DNA of 64,000 nt from Octopus sinensis (taxonomy: Eukaryota). The translations under genes and the position numbers were made by a program. The notes beneath the pieces are model-generated. The model saw only the letters and a program-made list of their open reading frames with translations, made no database searches and was not told the origin of the DNA. Below, piece by piece: positions 13,576 through 25,170 of the stretch (position 1 is its first letter; each line of letters opens with the position of its first letter). Location: assembly GCF_006345805.1 (NCBI RefSeq), contig NC_043007.1, positions 42,284,001 through 42,348,000 on the forward strand, given 5' to 3'.

Positions 13576-13703
13576 ACTTTCATTCTCTTCAGTGAACTTG
13601 ATGTAATTCTGGGCAGATTTTTCCCAAACCATCTTTAACATTTGGTTTTTATCTGTTTTCATAGAATTGTTTGAATGCTCTGAATTATCCTCCTCGCCAC
13701 TGT
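13576..13703 (-). CDS. Candidate internal coding exon of an unidentified minus-strand gene
   Basis: Acceptor ttttgctccttcatcatatcacactttctctacatag|, donor |gtaagg, 128 nt open: (D)SGEEDNSEHSNNSMKTDKNQMLKMVWEKSAQNYIKFTEENES; phase 1 to phase 0. Protein not recognised. Confidence 0.5.
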
Positions 13704-14259
13704 CTATGTAGAGAAAGTGTGATATGATGAAGGAGCAAAACTCATCCTTCATATTAAATATCTAAATGTCTGAAATACATTTTTGCTATTCTACACCATG
13801 TTTTAATTGGATGTTAAACCAGTTGAAACACAGAGATGTAAATATTGAAAACATATTTCATTTCTAAAAAAACCTTTAATAATTTGAAAAATTATAATTA
13901 TATTTCATCATTCATTTCTTTAAATATCCTTTTACGAAAAAGATTTTCATCAATTCCTTATAGTGAAGAACTAACATAGCTTTTGCTGCTGAAGCTTTAC
14001 TTAAGTGCCAACACATATATTACACCAGCTTGTTCCTGAGCTCACAATGTATTGATAGTGAAAGACTTTGTGGAGCTGCAGTGTGAATGCACCTTTCTTT
14101 GTAAGCATCTTCATATAGACGGTTTAGAGGGGCAGAGGAGAAATTAATCCCAGTATTTGATTGGCATTTTATTATCAACTCTGAAGGAACGAAAGGCACA
14201 TTTGGCTTTGGTATAATTATAATTCAGAACAAATATCACAAGGCATTCTGATACCTTAA

Positions 14260-14477
14260 CCCTTTAGCACTTAAACTAGTCATATCCAGCCCAAATATTC
14301 TACCTGTTTTATGTTCAAATTGGCCAGATCCAAGCCTTTCACATCTAGCTTAGAATGTCATTTTAAAAATAACAATCACTTTCAAAATCTTGAAGCTACA
14401 AGATAATGGATAATTAATTTTGAAAAATATGGATAAGCAAGCATTACATTTGATAGATTAAACTGAATGTTAAAGGA
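14260..14477 (+). mobile_element. TTAA-flanked piggyBac-like MITE, family A
   Basis: TTAA at 14256-14259 and 14478-14481; ends ccctttagc ... ttaaagga. Confidence 0.8.
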
Positions 14478-14794
14478 TTAACAATTCTGCTAGTTTGCCA
14501 TCTTCTGCATTACTGAAGATAGGCAAGAGGGGGAGGAGTAAATAGCCCACAAATTGTAGGGATTTCAGACAAGTTTAAATTTTGATAAAAAAAAAAATCA
14601 AGATATATTAACTACATTTGACTGAACATTATTTCATGATTGGCACTATTGCATCAGCAATACCTTGGTCTCTTGGTTTAATTCCTGGTCATATTCTTGA
14701 CAATAACTTCTGTTATTTCCTTTCAGGACTTCATTAAAGCTGCAGTTAAGCCTTTGTGGGGGAATAGCTTGTTTTTTTAGTTTTAGTATAGTAA

Positions 14795-15055
14795 TATGTG
14801 GAGGCCCGTGGCCTAGTGTTTAGGGTGTGTCACTCATGATTGTTTTTGAGCTGAACACTTTCATTTCATGTTACTTTAATCCATTCCCATGTAAATGGGT
14901 AACCCTATGAGAGACTGGCCTCTCATTCAGGGGGACTGTTGACCAGCCCATCTCACCAGCAGGGTGGCATCATTCAAAAGTTACAGTAATGCAAGGAACC
15001 ACATTGTGAATATCAGTGTGCGACAACATCCGATAGTCTAGTTGATACAGTAAAT
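14795..15055 (+). mobile_element. tRNA-headed SINE (family also at ~6800-6960, 45130-45310 minus, 56980-57290)
   Basis: Head ggaggcccgtggcctagtg(g)ttagggtg and shared body gagc(a)a(g)acacttcatttca...atgggtaaccc...; multiple copies in the window. Confidence 0.7.
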
Positions 15056-15829
15056 ATAGGAATATGAAGTAGACATTGTTTCTTTTATCATTGTTACAAT
15101 GGCCTCTTTTCAAAACTGGTTGATTTCATGCCACCTCCATTTAGTCCTACCTGATCACTTCTCTTCCTGTCATATTCCATATTGTGTCCAACATCACCAC
15201 TATGCGTTGCACTAACCACTAGTTTTTCCCCTGTCCTAAAATATCCTTGGACTCTCACAATACTCCATCTCAGCTGAAATTGTTCAAGGAGAATATTAAC
15301 TGCACTAATTTCACTTCTGATGGAGGACCTATGAAAACCATGGACATATCTCTTTTCTCCAAACTTAAATCATACAAAAAGAAAAGAAAAATGCTTCAAC
15401 TGTTTTCACTCTTCGACATTTTCTAAATACCATCTTCCATGGGTTGATGAAATAATGTTGTAGTCAGGACCTGCAGTCTCTATGAAACAACTATAACCTC
15501 CCTCTAAATTTGAAACCATGTAGTTCTGTTAGAAGTAGTACTGTTTGACAGATTTGGACAACAATAATAGTGCACATGGTATACTTAAGAAGGTTGATTT
15601 ACATTAAATATGTTGGAACCTCAAATTTCAAGCATGTTGTTAGAAATCAACTTATCCATTCAACATTCTAAGGTTAACTGAATCAGACAGTATTTGTTGT
15701 TGACATTGCAGGACTCAACAACAAATTAGTTATATTCTAGTTAGCACTGCTTAAGCAGACATCTAGTAGAGAAGCAGTTGATTAGTCATTTGAAAATAGC
15801 ATTCCATAGGTTATATTGAATTTTAAATG

Positions 15830-16169
15830 TGTAGCATTTAAACCAGCTCAAATATTCTAGTGTCTTATGTTTATTCTGACCAGATCCAGTCTCTTGCACC
15901 TATCATACAATGTCATTATAAAAATAAACACATCATTGAAATCATGACAATATGAGATAATGCATGATTAATTCAGAACCTACTTCTAGCAGGTACCTTT
16001 GATTCATATCATCTAGCATGAGTGTGATGGATGATACAAACCAATGAGAGATCTTCTATGTGGTCACTTGAGGTTGAAATCATGACAATATGAGATAATG
16101 CATGATTAATTCAGAACAATGTGAATAAATAAGCATTAAATTTGACAAAGAAATCTGAATGCTAAAAGG
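15830..16169 (+). mobile_element. Family A TTAA-type MITE carrying an internal insertion and duplication
   Basis: Aligns to 14260-14477 except for a 94-nt insert and 44-nt duplication (see findings); right end ctaaaagg|ttaa. Confidence 0.75.
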
Positions 16170-16669
16170 TTAATCTGCTCCAGCACCAATAGTGGTATCA
16201 ATATTTTAATCTGGAATGGTTGTACTACTTCTACTGCCTGAGTAGCTTGAGTTCACTGGTCTAGATGAAAGATATTAATTCCTTTAATTAGGAATGCCAG
16301 TAATATGCTATAATCTAGACAATTAATTATGTGCACCCCCCCTTTTTTTAATTATAAATTAGAGGATGAGGGAAAAGTACCCATGATTTCTGCTGGCTCT
16401 CTCAAGACTGTGTGATTGATGCAGTTAATATTCAGGTTAATGTATGTAGTAATAACAGGTTAATGTATGTAGTGAAAATGTGAGTGAGAAGAAGGTTCTA
16501 GTGGGAGGAAAAGCTTGAGCAAAGTTATGTAGGGCATGATTTTAGAGGGTGAAGCAGGAAGGTATGTCAGCAGGACTCAGGTGAAGTGGAGATGTGCTAT
16601 TATCTCGTATAAAGCAAAGTTATTGTTGTTGTGGTAGATGCTGCAAAAAGAGGAAACAATATTATTGTT

Positions 16670-16960
16670 TTAGCTTCTGTCAGTCTTAATTGAACAGACT
16701 TATAGTAAAATATTCCACCTGTATCTATCCTAGCTTTTCATTTCTATATCTTTTTTCAAACATAGCATATCTAAGGCTATATTACCCAATATGTTTTTTT
16801 CCTTTCTAAGATGGTGTGGGTGTAAATTGTGGGAGATTTGTCTACTACTTCTAGCAGGTACCTTTGACTTATATCATCTAGCATGAGTGTGATGGATGAT
16901 ACAAACCAATGAGAGATCTTCTATATGGTCACTTGAGATTGTATGTGTTGCAGAGTAAAT
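16670..16960 (+). mobile_element. SINE-like repeat (tttggctgctatttctagcagg family)
   Basis: Shared motifs with copies at ~2220, 7650, 41500, 44630, 52860, 54300, 58440 (+) and ~5060, 19060, 32640, 56110, 56690 (-). Confidence 0.65.
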
Positions 16961-17244
16961 CTTTGTCATTTAGTCAAATGGCCTTCTTTTGGATGTGACC
17001 CAGGGCAAAGGATAGAACCCATTATACAATTTTCAAAAATTTGCAGAACCTATATCTATATTTTGCAGACACTCTCAGAATCAAAAACTGTTTTAAAGAA
17101 TTGATACATATAAAAAAAAAAACGTTTTTAAAACTTATTTTCAAAAGGTAAATTGCATTTGTTTTATAAAATAAATGCTTGTTAAATTTTATTAAAATAC
17201 CTCTTATTTCATGGTACCCTTGCATTTTTACAAAAGCACTTGTA

Positions 17245-17295
<51 letters not shown>

Positions 17296-19281
17296 AGTGT
17301 GTGAGTGAGAGAGAGAGAGAGAGAGAGAGATAATACTAAGAATAGCAGCACTTTCATAAGTTATGTAAACTGTACTATATTACTTGAGCTTAGTACACGT
17401 TCAGCAAATGATTTGATGGCTAAAATATTTTCTGAACTTCAAGTGAATACCTTGAGAACTAGTCAGGTAGCTTGAATTTTGGAATTGTAGCAGCTGGTGG
17501 TCTGTTTATTTTCATATACAGAAATAGTGAGGTACAATACTGTTTCTTTGGTACATGTAGAGTTTGGCTATACTGAGAAAGATTATGTTGTCATTTCCCC
17601 CATTATTTTCGAGGTGTGTTCATGAAGGCAATGCAGGTTTAGTGTGAGCTTTTCAGGGCTTTTCTCTCTTTGTGAATGATGCCTTTGTCTGGATGGTTAG
17701 AGAAAAGTGAAAAGTGTTAACTGCATAAGTGCGTGTTGTTAGAAGTGCCAACAGGTAGGTATTTAACTCTAACTACCAACCCGTGTGAGACTGCCCTTAG
17801 GTTTATAATATAAACTTCCTGTTTTAAAGTAATCTAAATTGAATCCTTTCATTGAAATTTCATGTTAATTTATGTTTCATTCACCAGTTTATTAATGTGG
17901 AAGCCATTTTACTACACTCTTCTTTATTTTTGAACTTAATTGAAATATAGGCAGCACATTTCAACCTAAATATGGAAACTAAAGAGTTAATAGATAGAAA
18001 GAATTGTGCTGTGGAGCAGTCTGGAAGGAAATTTCAAAGTAAATAAATAATAAAAGAGAAATAGATGGATCCATAGACAGGCAACCCATCTAGGAGATTC
18101 TCATATCAGACACAATCAAAGCTCTTGCTTGTGTCAGGTGCAGTGATATTGCTTTCAAATGAAATTTATGAAAATGAGTATCAAAACAAGCTTCTGGTAG
18201 ATCTGTTTCTGCAGAAGCCATAGCACTGGGAATTAATTGAAGGAAAGAGAAAGGAAGAGAAAGACTACTTCTTTTACTCTTATTCTTTCTTCCTCCATTG
18301 TCATTCTCATTTTCTTTCTGCTCCTTTTCCTGCTTTCTCTTCTACTTCCTTTCCATCATTCCTATCCCCTTCCTCCTCGTTCTGTTCCCCTCTCACATCA
18401 TACTCTTCCTCTTTGTTCTCACTCCTTCCACTTTCTTCTCATAATCACTTTCTCTTCATACTCTCCTCTTCCTCCAAATCCTTCTCATTTTCATCCTCTT
18501 TCCTTTCCTCTTCTTGTCTCCAACTACAAAGAAATCTGTTGCAATTAACCAAAGCTATCATTAATCGTATTCATTCCTTGCCTAGTATTCTTCCAACAAG
18601 TTTTTCATTATCATTATCATCAAGGTGCAGATATGATTGTGCACAATACTGGAGTCAGCCGACTTTATTCTAAAGAAGCTACTATGACTGGTTCCAGAAC
18701 TGGAATACTGCTACCTTACCTGCTGTGTATGGGATGAGAGAGCAGAAAATATATTTTTTTAACTAATTATTGTTATTCTATTGAGTGACATGTAGGGGCA
18801 GGTGTTAATATTGAAGGTTACAATGGAATAATTGTAGTGTTGCTAGTTGTTGTTTAGCCCAAGGCTGACCCTGATCCAGCACTTTCCTAACAATCAACCT
18901 GTCTTTTGTTTTTCCCAATAGTAGTTCTTGCTCTACCCACCCACAAGCTTTGTCTTGCACTAGCCCTCAGACATTAATAATAATAATGATCACATGTCGG
19001 CTGACCCATTTTTCAGCCACAACTCTCATCCTCTAGGTGATTACTTGACCTGACAGAAATAACAACCAAATCCTCATCAAATCATTCCTGGTTGTTTATT
19101 GTATATCACGATTTGTAAACAGAAACTTAATTTGACCAATCACAGGTTCTGTGATTCAGAAGGAGTGTCTAACTCAGTGCCAAACAAATACCTCTAGGAA
19201 CTTCATTCATAACTGATTTTTCTTATAATAATTGTATCCTTCACCAATGTGTGTATGCACATATATAAATGTGTGTATATA

Positions 19282-20529
19282 TTGGGTCATCCCATAAATA
19301 ATGCAATTTTTAAATACTTTTACTTTTTAAAATTAAGATAAACAAACTTCTTTTTTAATCTAAAATATACTCTCCTTCATTTTCTACAAAGCTCTTTCAT
19401 CTCCCTGGTAGACTTGCAAGACCCTTCTTTCAAAATTCACTTATTCGTCACAAAAAATACTCCTCCAGTACTGTTCTGACCTCATCTACAGAATTCATAT
19501 TTTTTCCATCCAAATAATTTTGAAGACTACAGAATAAATGATAATCAGATGGGGCAATGTCCGGCAAATATGGTGGGTGCAACATCGTTTCCCAATCAAA
19601 CTGCTCCAGCCTTTGGAATGTCATCCTCGCTGTATGTGGCCAAGCATAGTCCTGATATAGAACACCTTTTGTCTTGAAGCCAAATATGGTCGTTTTTCTT
19701 GTAGCGCTGACTTAAGCTGCTCAAACTCACAATAGACCTCCTTTGTTATAATTTGGTTTAAACTTAAAAGTTCAAAGTGGACTAAACCTTTCATATCCCA
19801 CCAAACAGGTAACACCACCTTGCATGGATAAAGACCTTCTATATCCTGGGGTGCCAGTGTTTCTCCTGTCTTCAGCTCTTGGTATTTTTATGGAGAACCT
19901 GTTTCTGTCACTAGTCACTGTTCAGTCCAAAAGAAGGTTCATTAGTGAGATGTGACGGCAAAGAAGAGCACACATTCATTCTCTACGTGCAATTAGACTC
20001 AGAAAGTTCGCGAGGTACACATTGACCCAATTTGCTGACTTTTCCAATGGCATGCAGGTGTCAATGAATGGTTGAATGACTAAATCCAAGATTCTCTGCT
20101 AATTCCTCAACAGTTACAATGGGATTTTATTCTACCAGGGTTTGCAGGATGTCCTCGTCAAGGACAAAGCTCATCTAGGATGTAGTTTCTGGCTCAGAAC
20201 TTCTGGAACCACCATTGACACTGGTATACACTTAATGTCTGATCCTCATATACTGCATTAATATTCTTTGCACTTTATGTTGCGTTGTTGCCTTTATTGA
20301 ACTCATAAAGTAAAATATGCTGAATATGCTCCTTTGTCACTTTCACTATAGCTTTGAAAAAGTAACTGTTAAAATCGAACTGTACTTTTCAAAAGTTGCA
20401 CTAAGAATAAGGACACGGTAAAATTACTACCTGCTTTTATAGCAAGTTGATGCTGATGGTTTACCCCATCCCCCTCTGACTTTCAGTTCATGCAATTGAA
20501 AAACCTGCATTATTTATGGGATGAACCAA
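19282..20529 (-). mobile_element. Near full-length degenerate mariner transposon
   Basis: TIRs ttgggtcatcccataaataatgca / tgcattatttatgggatgaaccaa with TA at both flanks (19280-19281, 20530-20531). Minus-strand peptides VWWDMKGLVHFELL...LQEKRP and QDYAWPHT...HPPYLPDIAPSDYHLF are mariner transposase motifs; frameshifted. Confidence 0.93.
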
Positions 20530-20631
20530 TATAAAATATATATATATATATATTTATGCATTTATGTATATATATATATATTTATGCATTTATGTATATA
20601 TATATATATAGCATTTATGTATGTATGCATT

Positions 20632-20671
<40 letters not shown>

Positions 20672-20883
20672 TTTATGTATGTATGCATTTATGTATATAT
20701 ATATATCTATATATATATATATATATAATGCATTTATGTATGTATGCATTTATGTATATATATATATATATATGCATTTAGTATGTATGCATTTATGTAT
20801 ATATATATAATATATGCATTTATGTATGTATGCATTTATGTATATATATATATATATATTATGCATTTATGTATGTATGCATT

Positions 20884-20924
<41 letters not shown>

Positions 20925-20948
20925 TTTATGTATGTATGCATTTATCTA

Positions 20949-20987
<39 letters not shown>

Positions 20988-21130
20988 TTTATGTATGTAT
21001 GCATTTATGTATATATATATATATATATATATATGCATTTATGTATGTATGCATTTATGTATATATATATATAATATATATTAATATATATATATATATT
21101 ATGCATTTATTGTGTATGTATGCATTTTAG

Positions 21131-21165
<35 letters not shown>

Positions 21166-21319
21166 TTTATGTATGTATGCATTTAGTATATATATAAGCA
21201 TTTATGTATGTATGCATTTATGTATATATATAATATATATATATATATGCATTTATGTATGTATGCATTTATGTATATATATATATATATATATATGCAT
21301 TTATGTATGTATGCATTAT

Positions 21320-21357
<38 letters not shown>

Positions 21358-21483
21358 CATTATTTATGTATGTAGCATTTATGTATAATATATATATATA
21401 TATATGCATTTATGTATGTATATATAATATATATATGCATTTATGTATGTATATATATTATATATATATTATATATATGCATT

Positions 21484-21519
<36 letters not shown>

Positions 21520-21920
21520 TTTATGTATGTATGCATTTATGTATGTATATATATATATATATATATATGCATTTATGTATGTATGCATTTATGTATGTAT
21601 ATATATATATAATATATATATGCATTATGTATGTATGCATTTATGTATATTATATATATATATATATATATATGCATTTATGTATGTATGCATTTATGTA
21701 TGTATATATATATATATATATATATGCATTTATGTATGTATGCATTTATGTATGTATATATATATATATATATATGCATTTATGTATGTATGCATTTATG
21801 TATATATATATATATATATTATATATATATATATATATGCATTTATGTATGTATGCATTTATGTATAATATATATATATATATTATATATATATATATAT
21901 GCATTTATGTATGTATGCAT

Positions 21921-21966
<46 letters not shown>

Positions 21967-23123
21967 TTATGTATGTATGCATTTATGTATGTATGCATTA
22001 TGTATATATATATATATATGTATGTATGCATTTATGTATATATATAATATATATATATATATATATGCTTTATGTATATATATATAATATATATGCATTT
22101 ATGTATATATATATATATATATATATGCATTTATGTATATAATATATATATATATATATGCATTTATGTATATATATATATTATATATATATATATATGC
22201 ATTTATGTATATATATATATATATATATATATGCATTTATGTATATATATATATATATTATATATATATATGCATTTATGTATATATATATATATATATA
22301 TATGCATTTTGTGGATATATATATATATATATATGCATTTATGTATATATATATATATATATATATGCATTTATGTATATATATATATATATATATATGC
22401 ATTTATGTTATATATATATATATATATATATATATGCATTTATGTATATATATATATATATAATATGCATTTATGTATATATATATATATATATATATGC
22501 ATTTATGTATATATATATATATATATATATATAGATATATATAGCATTTATGTATATATATTATATATATATATATATATATATGCATTTATGTATGTAT
22601 GCATTTATGTATATATATATATGCATTTATGTATGTATGCATTTATGTATAATTATATATATGCATTTATGTATGTATGCATTTATGTATAGATATATAT
22701 ATGCATTTATGTATGTATGCATTTATGTATGTATATATATATATATATGCATTTATGTATGTATGCATTTATGTATGTATATATATGTATGCATTTATGT
22801 ATGTATATATATATATGCATTTATGTATGTATGCATTTATGTATGTATGCATTTATGTATGTATATATATATATATATATATATATGTATTGTATGCATT
22901 TTGTATATATATATATATAATTACATTTATGTATGTATGCATTTATGTATATATATATATATACATTTATGTATGTATGCATTTATATATATATATATAT
23001 ATATATATACATTTATGTATGTATGCATTTATGTATATATATATATATATATACATTTATGTATGTATGCATTTATGTATGTATATATATATATATATAT
23101 ATGTATGTATGCATTTATGTATG

Positions 23124-23154
<31 letters not shown>

Positions 23155-23307
23155 TGTATGCATGTATGTATGTATATATGTATGTATGCATTTATGTATG
23201 TATATATATGTATGTATGCATTTATGTATGTATATATATATATATATATATATGCAATTTATGTATATATATATATATATATATATGCATTTATGTATGT
23301 ATGCATT

Positions 23308-23339
<32 letters not shown>
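20530..23339. repeat. 2.8-kb compound satellite: GCATTTATGT(ATGT) units separated by (AT)n
   Basis: Direct inspection; explains all '[15 protein letters not shown]' ORFs. Confidence 0.97.
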
Positions 23340-23340
<1 letters not shown>

Positions 23341-24780
23341 CAAATTTCCCTCACAGTTAACTTGAGGCTATGGTAGAAGACACTTGCCCAAGGTACAGCA
23401 CAGTATTATGAAAACTAGAACCATGGTTGCTAACCCTGCCTTTTTTTCTTCTCTTTTTTCCCTATCCACTTCTGCTTTTTCAATTATAAGGTGTACTGGA
23501 GATGGAACAAAGAATTATTGATGCACTTCAAATAGGAAGTTTTGGAAAACTGTCTTCCATCCATCCATCTCTGCCCACCACTCATGGGATTGTCAGACCT
23601 TAAGCACCTCCCTCTTAAGGATCCTGTCAGAAGCAGTTACCATTATACTTTTCAGCTGGATTCTCAAGCATGGCCAACTGAGACCATGGCTATTATCCAA
23701 ACATTTCATTCTTGGTCTACCCTTTGGTCTCCTGCTGGTTAGCTCAGCTTCAAGAATCTATGCTGTAATTCTTTCCTGCAACATTCTAATCACATGTCTG
23801 TAGTATCAGAGCTGTGACCTTTCAATGCAGAGAAGTATCAGTTTAACCTGGAGAGACTTCCGGACCTCCAAGCTACACACCTGGTTGAATTACCTCACTC
23901 CAGAGATTCTTCAGAGGAGCCCTATTTTAGTTACTCATATTCGCAGTCATATTCTTCTGGTCATTACCCAAAACTGTATTAAAGTTGAGGAAAAATAGAA
24001 AGCTTTTGCTTACTATGTTTTATTAATCATACTTTTATATAGCAAAATTTTGAATAACATGGTTTTTCAAAATGCTCAAACATTATTAATATTGTTCTTC
24101 TCAATCTTTGAATTATGTTTTTAAAAAAATCTGCTGGTCACTGTTTGAGAACCACTGCTATAGATAATTTTATACTGTGAGTGACCTTATACAGTAGATC
24201 ATTGCTTCTCAGCTTTTTCACTCTTGGGAAGTCCTTGAAATATACTCCATGTATCAGGGATTCCCTCCATGAGAATTACTATGTCTTTATTAACTCTCCT
24301 GGGACACCAGGGCCCATTGATCAGCCCAAGTGATTCAAGCTGAAAAGTCTTTGAGGCTGATCCATTGGCCCGATGAAACAAACATTTTGAAGTGTAACAG
24401 CCAATCAGAGATCATTTTTCTGTAGATATAATATATAACTGTATATTATATATAGTTTTACATACTAATAAGGTAGTTTTAGGCACTTTATCCTTTTGTT
24501 TTCTACATGCACCTATCAATTTCAATCTCTACACATACCAAAACACTGTGTCTCAAAAGGGTTAATATTTTTCTTTCTCTTTCATAAGTCAAATTTCATA
24601 AGAGTAAAACAAATAAAATTTGTCTTTTAAAAATTTCTTAGTACTAAATTCATCAGATACCATAAAGATAATTAACCCTTAAATTTTCATAGTTATTTCA
24701 GTAATGATGTAAAATATCCAGCAAAAAAAGGAACTGATATTTTCTGCAAGTCATGTTGCCTCAATAAACTTGACATGTTC

Positions 24781-25170
24781 TTTTACTTGTTTCAGTCATT
24801 TGACTGCAGCCATGCTGGAGCACCACTTTGAAGTGTTTTTGTCAAACAATTCAACCCCAGGGCTTATTTTTAAGTTCAGTCTTTGTTCTATCAGTCTCTT
24901 TGCCAAACCACTAAGCTACAGGGACGTAAACACATCCACACCAGTTGTCAAGTGATGGTGGGAGGACAAACACAGACACAAAGAAACACACATGTTGTAT
25001 GTGTGTGTGTGTGTATATGCAATGGGCTTCTTTCAGTTTCCATCTACCAAATCCACTTAAAGGCTTTAGTTGGCCCGAGGCTATAGAAGACACTTGCCCA
25101 AAGTGCCACACTGAGTGACTGAACCAGGAATCATGTGGTTGGGAAGCAAGCTTCTTACCACACAGGCACG
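24781..25170 (-). mobile_element. tRNA-derived composite SINE with internal microsatellite
   Basis: Reverse complement of the element at 39725-40222, sharing both head and tail. Confidence 0.85.

Noticed and set aside
13576-13640. W-x6-Y-I-x4-E-x-E-x2-LA spacing recalls the BRF1 TBP-binding helix, and BRF1 neighbours PACS2 in vertebrates
   Set aside because: The conserved upstream EIDxYIL motif is absent and no BRF1 zinc-ribbon or cyclin-fold exons were seen; probably a generic helical pattern.
18138-18200. GAVILLSNEI resembles PACS GSKRILRSNEI
   Set aside because: Wrong splice phase, no similarity beyond 7 residues, weak donor.
20521-23365. Many long ORFs (up to 295 aa) rich in Y/I/M/C
   Set aside because: Translation of a stop-poor TA/ATGC satellite; no coding signal.
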